Notes: generated from the sequence alone by a model not told the origin. Positions 38,990-49,382 are shown, numbered from the stretch's first letter. The stretch: DNA of 64,000 bases from Spirochaetia bacterium (GCA_963668315.1 OY764216.1:2912001-2976000), one strand, 5' to 3'. Program-made: numbers and translations.

Positions 38990-39760
38990 ATGGCCATTCA
39001 TTACTATTTCACCGTATTTCCCATGGAAGCCATGATTGCCTCGGAACTGGAACCGGAGAAGTTCGCTTCCTACATGGCCCTGGGACAGAAAAAAGGATCG
39101 GCCGAACAGTTGATCTTTATGGAGGTCACTAAGGAGTTCGGTGACTATTTTGACTGGGAATACGCCAGAAAAAAGTGTGTGTCCCACCATGACGGACGGC
39201 AGAAAAACTCCGTTTACCTGGGGGTCTACCGCGTTCTCGAACACATTCCCGTGGATGCCCTGGGCGATCTGTACCTGACGACCAGGGACGGCCGTTCCCT
39301 TAAGCTCTCCCAGGAGGAGTATGCCCACCCGAAGGAGTGGAAGGGATTCGCCCTTTACAAAGAGCTCTGTCCCGTCAATCCTCTGGTCGTATCGGTGAAT
39401 AATCCGGAAAAATTCGCCGAGTATATGACATCTCCCTTAAGCAAGGTGAACGTGCCCGCCATGGTTTTCGCCGATATGAAAGTGGTTGACCCGGAGGATT
39501 ACGAGAACAGCGGAAATCTAGGCGACGTCTACGACAAACACCTGGATCATCTGAAAATGTGTATCGAATCTCTCCAGGACGGCAAGGGGAAAATCACCAA
39601 GATTGTCGACCGTTCCTATGCGGGCAAATTCGCCTATCAGGTGATTAATACGGGCATCTATGTCGCGGCCCGGGGGGGAATTGTTCTTTACCCCATGCCT
39701 ACGCTGGATGAGCTGAAGAAAATTGATTACGACTGGGGACGTTCGGCCAACATTTTTTAG
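38990..39760 (+). CDS. Hypothetical cytoplasmic protein with internal duplication
   Basis: Strong SD, 11 nt after the hppA stop; repeats PEKFASYM / PEKFAEYM. Confidence 0.75.
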   Translation: MAIHYYFTVFPMEAMIASELEPEKFASYMALGQKKGSAEQLIFMEVTKEFGDYFDWEYARKKCVSHHDGRQKNSVYLGVYRVLEHIPVDALGDLYLTTRDGRSLKLSQEEYAHPKEWKGFALYKELCPVNPLVVSVNNPEKFAEYMTSPLSKVNVPAMVFADMKVVDPEDYENSGNLGDVYDKHLDHLKMCIESLQDGKGKITKIVDRSYAGKFAYQVINTGIYVAARGGIVLYPMPTLDELKKIDYDWGRSANIF

Positions 39761-39786
39761 GCTGATTGTATACACGTGATTAACCT

Positions 39787-39820
39787 AACCGGCGGATGTT
39801 CCCAATCCGCCGGTTTTTTT
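39787..39820 (+). terminator. Rho-independent terminator
   Basis: AACCGGCGGAT / ATCCGCCGGTT stem followed by a T run. Confidence 0.85.
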
Positions 39821-39924
39821 ATCCTTCCGGGCCGAATTTATCTGAAAGGAGGGAGGTAAGAAAAAAGTGATAGAAAATCCCTCCCGTTTATCGTAGAATT
39901 CCCCGTAACAGGGGGCCCGATATT

Positions 39925-40608
39925 ATGCGCTTAACGTTATGTTTATTTCTTACACTCTCATCTGTCTTTTCACTTTTCGGCCAGGTCGATGACGGCTGGA
40001 CACCGCGGCTTCTGATGATAAAGAGTCTGGCAGAAACCAGTGATAGGGAGCAGAAAACCATGGCTCTTTCGGAAGCGGAAACGCTGCTGAAGGAAGATCC
40101 TTCCCCTGAGGCGAGGCTTAAGGTTCTGGATATACTGGCATTTCTGGCCAATGAAGGGGTGACCAGCCTTACCTATGAAGGAATGGCGCCGGGGATGTCC
40201 TACGGGACGGTCAGGGCCGGAGCGGCCGCCCTGCTGGGACAGTACGGCGGGGAAGAGTCTGTTCGCCCTCTGGTGGATATTATTTTTTATGACAACGATC
40301 CCCTGTCCATTGGAAGCGCCGCCTCGGCCGTCGTTATAATAGACGGAGAAAATATGGGCAATGTGGTGCTGGCCTTCAGCCGCGTCCTCAAAAATACCCG
40401 GAAAGTCTATGACAATGAAAGGCTGATCCAGGAAGTCCTTGCCGCCGTGGAGTTCTGGGCGGAAAAAAGGCCGGAGATCCTGGAGAGCGAAGACCTCATG
40501 GACGGCCTGAGCTTCTGTTCCCAGAGTTCCTCAGGCTACGGGAGAAATACCAGGAATATGGCTTCCGATATAATCAGAAAGGCGGGGCTTTCCAGGGAGA
40601 AAACCTGA
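39925..40608 (+). CDS. Exported HEAT-repeat-like protein
   Basis: Signal peptide; VRAGAAALLGQYGGEESVRPLV. Confidence 0.7.
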   Translation: MRLTLCLFLTLSSVFSLFGQVDDGWTPRLLMIKSLAETSDREQKTMALSEAETLLKEDPSPEARLKVLDILAFLANEGVTSLTYEGMAPGMSYGTVRAGAAALLGQYGGEESVRPLVDIIFYDNDPLSIGSAASAVVIIDGENMGNVVLAFSRVLKNTRKVYDNERLIQEVLAAVEFWAEKRPEILESEDLMDGLSFCSQSSSGYGRNTRNMASDIIRKAGLSREKT

Positions 40609-40697
40609 TTCGCCCGGAGGAAATACCGACATTTTCCGGGGAAAGTCTCGCATTGAGAGCGTATCTGTCGTAAAATTTCAGCAGGGGATAAAGGAAG

Positions 40698-41372
40698 GTG
40701 TCTATGAAAGTGAAATTCATACTGATTCTTTTATGTCTTTCCGCCATTCTCTATGGCCAGGACGAGGAGGAGTGGTCCACCCGTCTGCTCATGATCAGAG
40801 ATCTATCCCAGGCCAGGGGCATGGATGAGAAGGAGCTGGCCCTGAAAGAGGCTGAGCGATTTCTGGCCGAAAACCCTGTGGAAGAGGACAGAGAGAGGGT
40901 TCTGGGGATCTTGACGGCCATGGTGCATGAAGGGTTGTACAGCGTGACCTATGAGGGGAACGACAAAAGGCATCCTTACAGCACGGCCAGGGCCAAAGCG
41001 GCGGAGTTGCTGGGAAACTACGGGGGTGAGAAAGCTTTGAGAACCCTTGTGGAAGTCCTCTTCTACGGCAATGATCCCTTTGTCATGGGAAGCGCGGCCA
41101 TAGGGGCGGCTTCCATGAATATTCCCGATAAGGATAATGTGATTACCGCCTTCAGCCGTATCCTGAACCAGACCCGGGATGTCTACTCCGATGAGATGCT
41201 GATCCAGAATGTTCTGATAGCCACAGGAAGGCTGGGAGAGGATTATCCCGAGGTTTATGAGAATGAAGGGATCATGGAAGGACTGAATCTCTGCGCCCGG
41301 GCCTATACCGGCTTCAGCCGCAATACACGCAATATGGCCCTTGAGTTGATCAGGACGGCGGGAGAGGACTGA
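40698..41372 (+). CDS. Exported HEAT-repeat-like protein, paralog of the preceding gene
   Basis: Signal peptide; ARAKAAELLGNYGGEKALRTLV; shared RLLMI, AFSR, RNTRNMA blocks. Confidence 0.7.
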   Translation: MSMKVKFILILLCLSAILYGQDEEEWSTRLLMIRDLSQARGMDEKELALKEAERFLAENPVEEDRERVLGILTAMVHEGLYSVTYEGNDKRHPYSTARAKAAELLGNYGGEKALRTLVEVLFYGNDPFVMGSAAIGAASMNIPDKDNVITAFSRILNQTRDVYSDEMLIQNVLIATGRLGEDYPEVYENEGIMEGLNLCARAYTGFSRNTRNMALELIRTAGED

Positions 41373-41392
41373 CCGGGCCGAAAGGCCAGCGG

Positions 41393-42142
41393 CTAACGAT
41401 CCATTTCGGGAAGATAAACCTCTATATTCTTCAGGTGAAAAGAATAATCCACCCCTTCGGATTTCTTCAGGGGAGCCCCCTCCAGGGCGGCTCTCACAAT
41501 GGTCTTGTTGAAAATATGGGTATCTTCCCGGTTCAGAAACTCCTCCACATCCATCCAGAGAGCCTCGTGTATCTCCCGGGGATCGATGGTGATCTCTTCG
41601 GAGAGGGGTTTGAGGCGGCAGACGAAGTAGAAATCGGACTTGCCGAACTGGTAGCCGTGGGTATGGCGGAAGCAGGCCACCGACTGGAACTCCGCCCGGA
41701 CGCCGGTCTCTTCGAACACTTCCCGGGCGACCCCGACGGAAATATCCTCCCCCTGATCGAGAAGCCCGCCGGGCAGTTTATAGTGCCGCGTATGATGGGC
41801 CTTTTCGGTGATGACCAGAAGCTGATTCCGGTCGTTGATCACCACGCCGCCGGCGCCGACGTAATGGGTGGCGAAGGAGGGGATGAAAGCGTTCGGCTTG
41901 AGCCGCTTGACCAGAGTCAGCTGTTCGGCGGAGCAGTTATGCCAGACGAAATCCATGGCCATGACAGAGGCAACCAGGGCGTTCCGTTCGGCGGGAAGGG
42001 TCAGCCAGGCCAGGGAGGCGTCCTCTTCGGTCCATTGGGAGAGGGATTCGGTCAGTTCCTTAAGGAGTACGTCATCCCGTGCGGGGAGGGTTTCCGGATC
42101 GATGAGCATGCCGCCGTATATATTTCTTTCTGCCTGTAACAT
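41393..42142 (-). CDS. Nudix hydrolase (NUDT6-like)
   Basis: Nudix box GGLLDQGEDISVGVAREVFEETG; THYVGAGG, GKSDFYF. Confidence 0.88.
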   Translation of the reverse strand: MLQAERNIYGGMLIDPETLPARDDVLLKELTESLSQWTEEDASLAWLTLPAERNALVASVMAMDFVWHNCSAEQLTLVKRLKPNAFIPSFATHYVGAGGVVINDRNQLLVITEKAHHTRHYKLPGGLLDQGEDISVGVAREVFEETGVRAEFQSVACFRHTHGYQFGKSDFYFVCRLKPLSEEITIDPREIHEALWMDVEEFLNREDTHIFNKTIVRAALEGAPLKKSEGVDYSFHLKNIEVYLPEMDR

Positions 42143-42164
42143 GGTGTCTCCTTGGGAACGGGGT

Positions 42165-42268
42165 AGGGATGGGAGGGGAGGCGAAGCCTGTCGCCTCGGA
42201 GAGGGGACGGGACCCCCGGACAGCCCGGTCCCGTCTGAGCAGGGCTCAGGCGGGAACCCCCCGAAAAA
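42165..42268 (+). repeat. Structured GC-rich intergenic element related to the one at 56.1 kb
   Basis: AGGGAT...CGGAcAGCCCGGT-hairpin-CCCCC.AAA; two internal hairpins. Confidence 0.45.
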
Positions 42269-42275
42269 TGATGAT

Positions 42276-43658
42276 TTAGAAATCGATGTTTTTCACCGTG
42301 CGGGGGAAGGGGATCACGTCGCGGATGTTCCCCAGGCCGGTGACGTACTGGATCAGGCGTTCGAAGCCCAGGCCGAAGCCTGAGTGGGGGACCGTGCCGA
42401 AGCGGCGGAGTTCCAGATACCACCAGTATTCCGACTCGTCCATGCCCATTTCGGCGATGCGGGCCTGGAGCTTTTCCAGGTTTTCCTCCCGCTGGCTGCC
42501 GCCGATGATTTCGCCCAGCCGGGGGACGAGGACGTCCATGGCGCGGACCGTTTTGCCGTCGTCGTTCATTTTCATGTAGAAGGCTTTGATCTCCTTGGGG
42601 TAGTCGGTGACGATGACCGGGCCTTTGCAGACCTCTTCGGTGAGGTAGCGCTCGTGCTCGGTCTGGAGGTCGCACCCCCAGGAGACTTTGAAGTCGAACT
42701 TGTCGTTGGCCTTCTCAAGCTCGGCCACGGCGTCGGTATAGGTCATGTGCTTGAAGGGGGTGTCGATGACCTGCTGGAGGGTGTCTTTTACCCCTTTGAG
42801 AACCCACTGGTTGAAGAAATCCATGTCCTCCGGGCAGTGTTCCAGAACGTAGCTGAGGATGTATTTGATGAAGTCCTCGGCCAGTTCCATGTTTCCTTCC
42901 AGCTCGCAGAAGGCCATTTCCGGCTCGATCATCCAGAACTCGGCCAGGTGGCGGGTGGTGTTGGAGTTTTCCGCCCGGAAGGTGGGGCCGAAGGTGTACA
43001 CGTCGCCCAGGGCGCAGCAGTAGTTCTCCACCTGGAGCTGCCCGGAGACGGTCATGTGGGTCTTCTTGCCGAAGAAGTCCTGGCCGTAATCGGTGGCGCC
43101 CTCTTCGGTTTTGGGTATATTGTCCAGATCCAGAGTGGTGACCTGGAACATCTGGCCGGCCCCTTCCGTGTCGCTTCCCGTGATAATGGGGGTGTGGACA
43201 TAGAGGAAGCCCCGCTCCTGGAAGAAGCTGTGGATGGCGTAGCTCATGGCGTTTCTGACCCGGGCCACGGCGCCGAAGGTATTGGTCCGGGGGCGCAGGT
43301 GGGCTATCTCACGGAGGAATTCGTAGGAGTGGCGCTTTTTCTGCAGGGGGTAGTTCTCGGCGGGGACGGTGCCCACGATGGTGAGGCCGGTGGCCTGCAT
43401 TTCCACGTTCTGGCCTTTGGCGGGGGATTCCACCAGGATGCCTTCGCAGGAGACGGCGGCGCCTGTGGCGGCTTCGGCCAGGGCCTGTTCGGAAATGTCT
43501 CCCGATTTATCGATAATGATCTGCAGCCCCTTCATGGTGGAGCCGTCGGTGACCTCCAGAAAACAGACGTTCTTGGAGTCTCTTTTGGTTTTTACCCAGC
43601 CCCGGGCGGTAATGGCCTGGTCGGAGGGATTGCTCTGCATGATTTCTTTGATTCTCAT
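42276..43658 (-). CDS. asnS: Asparagine--tRNA ligase
   Basis: [47 protein letters not shown]. Confidence 0.97.
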   Translation of the reverse strand: MRIKEIMQSNPSDQAITARGWVKTKRDSKNVCFLEVTDGSTMKGLQIIIDKSGDISEQALAEAATGAAVSCEGILVESPAKGQNVEMQATGLTIVGTVPAENYPLQKKRHSYEFLREIAHLRPRTNTFGAVARVRNAMSYAIHSFFQERGFLYVHTPIITGSDTEGAGQMFQVTTLDLDNIPKTEEGATDYGQDFFGKKTHMTVSGQLQVENYCCALGDVYTFGPTFRAENSNTTRHLAEFWMIEPEMAFCELEGNMELAEDFIKYILSYVLEHCPEDMDFFNQWVLKGVKDTLQQVIDTPFKHMTYTDAVAELEKANDKFDFKVSWGCDLQTEHERYLTEEVCKGPVIVTDYPKEIKAFYMKMNDDGKTVRAMDVLVPRLGEIIGGSQREENLEKLQARIAEMGMDESEYWWYLELRRFGTVPHSGFGLGFERLIQYVTGLGNIRDVIPFPRTVKNIDF

Positions 43659-43729
43659 GGGGGCATTGTACGCTTTTCGGGGGGGATTGGCAACAGAAAA
43701 GTGAAGTTCGAAGAGGGAAGGGAGAGGGC

Positions 43730-43780
43730 GTTATGTTGAAAACTAGCTAATAGGATAATTTGGGGTGTTATGTTGAAAAC
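43730..43780. repeat. 14-bp direct repeat GTTATGTTGAAAAC (two copies) at the left edge of the AT-rich region
   Basis: Copies at 43730-43743 and 43767-43780. Confidence 0.6.
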
Positions 43781-44126
43781 AGTATAAGGGGGTGTACTAT
43801 AGATTAAAGAGATAGTTCATTTTTTCATCCCTGTAAAATTGGGCCTTTAAAATGCACTCTGCTTTCTCCCCTCTGGGAGTTAGAATAGAAATAGGGCCTT
43901 TAACCCCAGTGGAAGAAGAGCTTTGGAGAGAACCTCCGTTGGAGGATTGTGCTTCGAAGGATTCATTCCAGATCTCTTCGGAGTGAAAATCTTCAGGATC
44001 TTATAGAAAATGATTATTCTCATTTTATTTTATTTGCCTATAAACATCCCTGCGCGGAACTGTCATATTTATAAATATCCTGCTATAATATTTCTTCCGG
44101 AAACTTCAATATGGAAGGAATATATT

Positions 44127-44657
44127 ATGCGTGATTCATATGCCGAAACACAAAAAAAAATTACAAAAGAGAGCATTGTCACCGCATTAATCAGGATATT
44201 AAAAAGTAAAAGCTTCAAAGACATAACCATCACTGAAATTACGAAAATCGCCGGTGTTTCCAGAATGGCCTTCTATAGAAACTATGAAGGAAAAGAAGAC
44301 ATTATTGCCATATATCTTGATGATATGGTAACTGATTTTTACGAAAGTTTTTCTGATTTGAAGGCGTCTTCTAAGTATGATATTCTATGCCGCTTTTTCA
44401 CTTTCTTTGAGGAAAGAAAAGACTTTATCACCACATTAATGGCTTCCGGTCTTATCTATATCTTTAAAGAAAAACTTAATTCCAGTCTATTAGATTTCTT
44501 CAAAGGTATAGAAGATAAAAACAAACCTGAATATGGAACCTATCTTGCGCAGTTTGATGCCGGCGGCTTGTACAACGTACTGATAGAATGGATATCAAAG
44601 GGATCACAGGAGAGTGCAGAGACCATGGCAGGCCTGATTAATAAATTTACCTGCTGA
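44127..44657 (+). CDS. TetR/AcrR-family regulator
   Basis: ITITEITKIAGVSRMAFYRNY..KE HTH; ATG 44127 with SD. Confidence 0.9.
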   Translation: MRDSYAETQKKITKESIVTALIRILKSKSFKDITITEITKIAGVSRMAFYRNYEGKEDIIAIYLDDMVTDFYESFSDLKASSKYDILCRFFTFFEERKDFITTLMASGLIYIFKEKLNSSLLDFFKGIEDKNKPEYGTYLAQFDAGGLYNVLIEWISKGSQESAETMAGLINKFTC

Positions 44658-44726
44658 TGATCTCTGCTATCTGACAGCAACTGGCTCTTTATGGGGCATT
44701 TCGTAATCTATCAAGAAATATAAAAT

Positions 44727-45569
44727 TTAATTCCAGGAGACATCCAACGGATTTCTGTCCACATATCTTTGATACTTGTATTTAGGATATCCTACCAGAA
44801 GTCCAGCTGTAATTTTGCGTCCTTCCTTTATTTTAAGAATATCGAATAAGGGACGATAGCCGGAGGAGGCAAATCTTTCAAAGAATCCGGAGATACTTGT
44901 ACCAAGTCCAAGGGTAGGTGCAAATAGTTCTGCATAGGCCAGGGAAAAAAGAGAACTGTCACGACTGGTCTCGTATGAACTTTTTTCAACGGTAAATATC
45001 ACCAGGCATGGTGCGTTTCGAAGTATGATATTAACACCATTCTGCCTATAGTTTTCTATTTGTCTTAATAGAGTTGTTTCATAAGGGGACCCTGCATAAG
45101 GTGGTTTCTTAGTTACAATTTCCAGCCATTCATAGTATGCCTCTGTTATATTGTCGAGTGTTTTACTATTGTCAATCACAAGGTATGATACTCCCTGGGT
45201 GTTCCCGCCTGAAGGTGCAAATCTTGCCATATCAAGAAGTTGCTTGATCTTATCTCTTGTTACCTTGTTTTCTTGAAACACCCTTACAGACCGTCTGCTC
45301 CGAAGAAAATGAGAAGCGTCACTTACATCCAGATAGGTTTTACTTTCGATGGGTATTTGATTTGACAGAGGGGCGTACATATTTTCAAGAGCACTATGCG
45401 GACAAATTGCAACACAATGACCGCATCTAATGCAATTTATTCTTTTTGCTACCGGTCCGCTCTCAGTCATAATTATAGTCCCGATAGGACAAACTCTGGT
45501 ACATATTCCGCATTTCGTGCATTTATCTAATTTAATTTGTATCATTCTATTCTCATTATGCTCATACAT
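44727..45569 (-). CDS. Nitroreductase with N-terminal 2[4Fe-4S] domain
   Basis: Two CxxCxxCxxxCP motifs, RRSVRVF, APSGGNTQ. Confidence 0.9.
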   Translation of the reverse strand: MYEHNENRMIQIKLDKCTKCGICTRVCPIGTIIMTESGPVAKRINCIRCGHCVAICPHSALENMYAPLSNQIPIESKTYLDVSDASHFLRSRRSVRVFQENKVTRDKIKQLLDMARFAPSGGNTQGVSYLVIDNSKTLDNITEAYYEWLEIVTKKPPYAGSPYETTLLRQIENYRQNGVNIILRNAPCLVIFTVEKSSYETSRDSSLFSLAYAELFAPTLGLGTSISGFFERFASSGYRPLFDILKIKEGRKITAGLLVGYPKYKYQRYVDRNPLDVSWN

Positions 45570-45572
45570 ACT

Positions 45573-45863
45573 TCAAATGATAAAAATCAGCGTGTACGCA
45601 ATCATTAGCATTAAGTATAATACCGCTAGGAATAATAGTGCTGTATTCATCAACTTACTGCGGATCATCAATGTTACAGCAGCTATTTCAAAAAACAGTC
45701 CCACGAAGGGAAAAAGTCCAGAATTGAGACTGAATGAGTTGTCGGAAATACACGAATATGTTAGGCGGATAAAAATACTAACTGCCTGAATAACAAAGGG
45801 TATAATGGTGAAGCGAATGCTTAGTTTTGGTATATCCTTATATTCTGCTTTTCTTATGTTCAA
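45573..45863 (-). CDS. Small hypothetical membrane protein (possibly a chimeric remnant)
   Basis: SD GAGGA; GNAT-like first residues followed by hydrophobic segments. Confidence 0.35.
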   Translation of the reverse strand: MNIRKAEYKDIPKLSIRFTIIPFVIQAVSIFIRLTYSCISDNSFSLNSGLFPFVGLFFEIAAVTLMIRSKLMNTALLFLAVLYLMLMIAYTLIFII

Positions 45864-45942
45864 ATTAATAAATCCTCTTGCTTTTTTGTGATAGAATCAC
45901 AGCAATATACTGTTCTATAAATATTTATATGATTTTTCTGGG

Positions 45943-46662
45943 CTAAAGTTGAACCCTTCCGACAAGTTTAAGCATTTTGCTTAAACCGGGCAGGATTTCG
46001 AATTTATCTTTTCTTATTTGGCTGATTGCTACGCTAACCACCTTTGACACCTTCATTGTTGGCATTTTATTTTTCTTTCCTCCTGATTCAGTACGATCAA
46101 TGAGGGCTGCAGAAGTTTTTGGTGGCGCAAGTTCAAATACTTTCACATTTGTATTTTCAAGCTGAAGACGAAGCGTTTTAGTGTATGCGTGAAGGCCAGC
46201 TTTAGCCGCTCCGTAAATTGGTGTTGCAGGGAAGGTAACAAAAGCAAGTCCGGAAGTAACATTAACAATGGCGGCTTCCGGCTGTTTTTTTAATAGAGGT
46301 AAAAATTGTTGAACCATACGGATGGGACCATTCATGTTAATATCTATTTCACTGCAGATCTTTTCGTAGTCCGTATCGTTAAAATCGATTGTACGCATGA
46401 TTCCTGCATTGTTTATTAATACATTTAGATTGGGAAAATCTGCCGACACTCTAGAATATAGTTCCATAACAGATTGCGGATTGCTGACATCACTTTGATA
46501 GATATGGATTGCGGGCAGATCCTTTTTCGTTTTTTCCAATTTAGTCATATCCCTTCCTGTGATTATGACTGTGTTTCCCATTCCGATAAGCTGCTTGGCC
46601 ATTTCAAGACCGATTCCTGATGAACCACCTGTAATTAATATTGTATCCGATTTCAATCTCAT
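45943..46662 (-). CDS. Short-chain dehydrogenase (DltE-like)
   Basis: TGGSSGIG, NNAG, YGAAK. Confidence 0.9.
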   Translation of the reverse strand: MRLKSDTILITGGSSGIGLEMAKQLIGMGNTVIITGRDMTKLEKTKKDLPAIHIYQSDVSNPQSVMELYSRVSADFPNLNVLINNAGIMRTIDFNDTDYEKICSEIDINMNGPIRMVQQFLPLLKKQPEAAIVNVTSGLAFVTFPATPIYGAAKAGLHAYTKTLRLQLENTNVKVFELAPPKTSAALIDRTESGGKKNKMPTMKVSKVVSVAISQIRKDKFEILPGLSKMLKLVGRVQL

Positions 46663-46688
46663 ATGTTTAACCTCATAAATAATACTAT

Positions 46689-46745
46689 GCGTTACGCATG
46701 TAACGCTTATGGTGTTAACATAAGACTATGAAATGAATAAGTCAA
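46689..46745 (-). promoter_or_regulatory. SDR-operon promoter and palindromic operator
   Basis: Minus-strand TTGACT-17-TATGTT; GCGTTAC-gcat-GTAACGC at 46689-46706. Confidence 0.65.
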
Positions 46746-46985
46746 TAGATTCATCCTTATCTGTTACATATAGGGGCATACTGTTATGGATGAATTGATC
46801 AAGAATATATTAAGGAAAAGTCTTTTAAACAGTAGTGAAATAGATTAGTTAAGTGATTTTACCTTATGTGTATTATTTTATAGTATTTATGGGTATTTTC
46901 CCAATGAATTTATAACAGCTAGGCTGAACTGAGTATAAGAATTGAGAAAATGATGCTAAAATAGATATAATGTTTATTAAAGACT

Positions 46986-47091
46986 ATAGAACAATGTTTT
47001 GCTACTGTCAATTTTTCTGACACGTATTTTGTTTACACAAAATAAGCGCCAGCCCTTCGGGACAAAATTGCAGCTGAAAACGGCGTTATAT
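46986..47091 (+). other. Degenerate integron attC-like site
   Basis: ATAGAAC...GTTATAT cores, complementary arms CTGtCAATTTT / AAAATTGCAG with an extrahelical base, internal hairpin. Confidence 0.55.
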
Positions 47092-47123
47092 TTAATCTGG
47101 AAAACATATATAGGAAATAAAAT

Positions 47124-47984
47124 ATGAAAATCTTACATTATGATGCATTTACAAAAATCCCTAATATGGGCAATCCTGCAGGAATTGTGCTTGATGGGAG
47201 TAAATTACATACCTCTGAAATGCAAGAAATTGCTAGAAACGTCGGATTCAATGAAACCGTTTTCTTATTGCCATCTACTGAGGCTGATATAAAACTAAAA
47301 TATTTTACACCAGGTCATGAGATAGATTTATGTGGACATGGAACAATTGCCACATTAGTGGCTGCTATAGATAATAAAATTATAAAGAATATAAATTCAA
47401 TTGAAACAAATGCTGGTATATTGAATGTCGCTATTGATCAAACAGATAGTGATATTCAAATCAAAATGGAACAAAAACCAGCGCAATTCGTTGATTTTAT
47501 TGGAGATATTCATTATTTAGCCGAATCACTTGATATTGATGCTCGAGAAATAGATTCTACTTTACCTATTGTATATGGGAACACTGGAATATGGACTTTA
47601 CTTGTTCCCATAAAAAGCATAAAAACATTTACAAAAATGAAACCAAAGAATAATATTTTTCCCGATATTCTAACACAAAATAAAAAAGCATCGATTCATC
47701 CATTCAGTCTAAGTACATATAATGATGTTGATATGCATGGACGGCATTTCTCATCCCCATATTCAGGAACGATAGAGGATCCTGCGACAGGGACAGCTTC
47801 TGGCGTTATGGGTGCGTATTATTCAAAATATATAAAAAGAAATAAAAATGTAAATCTTAAAATTGAACAGGGCCAAGAAATTGGTAAAGATGCAATCATT
47901 GAAGTAAATGTCAGAGTTAATAATGATATACATTATGTAGGGATTAAGGGTACTGCCACTTTTGTTAAGGAAATAAAAATATAA
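47124..47984 (+). CDS. PhzF-family isomerase
   Basis: DAFT..GNPAG, NETVF, DLCGH, EDPATGTASG. Confidence 0.9.
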   Translation: MKILHYDAFTKIPNMGNPAGIVLDGSKLHTSEMQEIARNVGFNETVFLLPSTEADIKLKYFTPGHEIDLCGHGTIATLVAAIDNKIIKNINSIETNAGILNVAIDQTDSDIQIKMEQKPAQFVDFIGDIHYLAESLDIDAREIDSTLPIVYGNTGIWTLLVPIKSIKTFTKMKPKNNIFPDILTQNKKASIHPFSLSTYNDVDMHGRHFSSPYSGTIEDPATGTASGVMGAYYSKYIKRNKNVNLKIEQGQEIGKDAIIEVNVRVNNDIHYVGIKGTATFVKEIKI

Positions 47985-48045
47985 TAAAGGAGGAGCCATT
48001 CAAAATCTGGGGAATTGTAAAAAGCCTCCGAGTATCGGGGGAAGG

Positions 48046-49382
48046 GGGCCTGTCATAAACTTTGTGTAAATAGCAAAAAATATGCTATTGTACAAGGAGA
48101 AAATTATGACAAGCAACAAGTTGAACAACGAAGTATTGGACCAGCTGATCGGGTCGCTTAACCTGAAAGGCATGACACAGGAGGAGCTGTTAGGGCAAAA
48201 TGGATTAACAGCTCAATTAACAAAAAGAATCCTTGAAACAGCCCTTCAAGCTGAAATGGATGATCATTTAGGCTATTCCAAAAACAGTCCAGCCGGGAAT
48301 AATTCCGGGAACAGCCGAAACGGCACCAGCAAGAAAACGGTAACGACTCCTCATTAGCAGGTGGAAATCAATATTCCGCGAGACCGGAACGGAGAGTTTG
48401 AATCGGTCATTATTCCCAAACATAAAAAACGGGTTCCCCTCTTCAATGATCAGGTTCTGTCGCTCTATGGCGGGGGAATGACGACTCGGGATATTCAGTC
48501 TCATCTGAAGGAGCTTTTTGGGATCGATGCCTCGCCGGATATGATCAGCAATATCACGGATGCCGTAATTGGCGATTTCCGGGAATGGCAGAATCGGCAG
48601 TTGGATTCCTTCTACCCTGTTCTCTATCTGGACGCCCTTGTCGTTAAGAGCCGGGAAAGCGGCAAATCCACAAAAAAGGCTGTCTATGTCGTATTAGGCA
48701 TTAATATGGAAGGCAAAAAAGAAATATTGGGGCTCTGGATATCAGAAAATGAAGGGGCAAAGTTTTGGATGCGCGTGCTCAATGAAATCAAAAACCGGGG
48801 AGTTGAAGATGTTCTTATCGCTTGCACCGACGGGCTTACCGGATTTCCTGAAGCCATCCAAGCGGTGTTTCCTAAAACCGTAATCCAGCTCTGTATCGTC
48901 CATATGGTTCGTAATTCTACAAAATATGTAGCGGCTAAGGATCGTAAGAAAATCTGCGCTGACTTAAGAGCTATTTATTCCAGTGCTACGGAAGACGCCG
49001 CTCTGTCTCAATTGAAAGTATTCTCTGAAAAATGGGATGATGTGTACCCCACAATTTCACAATCCTGGTCACGCCATTGGGAGGATCTGAATGAGTTTTT
49101 CAATTACCCCGATGAAGTAAGAAAAATCATCTACACAACCAATGCCATTGAATCATTGAATTTCAGTCTTAGGAAAGTCACCAAGAACCGCTTGGCATTT
49201 CCCAACGATGATGCTATTTTTAAAATTATGTTTCTGGCATCACAGAAAGCAGCTAAAAAATGGACGCTCCCCGTTAGGGGATGGAACATAGCCATTCACC
49301 AGTTTGCCATTCATTTTGGTGATCGGGTTAGGCTGTAAGAGTAAAGGCGAAAAGCCATTTACACAAAAAATCTGACAGGCCC
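48046..49382 (+). mobile_element. IS256-family insertion sequence (1337 bp)
   Basis: TIRs GGGCCTGTCA..TTTGTGTAAAT / ATTTACACAAA..TGACAGGCCC; 8-bp TSD GGGGAAGG at 48038-48045 and 49383-49390. Confidence 0.93.
48106..49338 (+). pseudogene. IS256 transposase interrupted by an in-frame TAG at 48355-48357
   Basis: ORFs 48082-48357 and 48361-49338 share one frame; NSRNG, PRDR, YLDA, QLCIVH, YTTNAIES. Confidence 0.85.

Noticed and set aside
42384..43739. 451-aa plus-strand ORF
   Set aside because: Antisense shadow of asnS
48355..48357. Pyrrolysine or recoding at the amber codon
   Set aside because: TAG is a normal stop elsewhere in the window and no pyl genes are present
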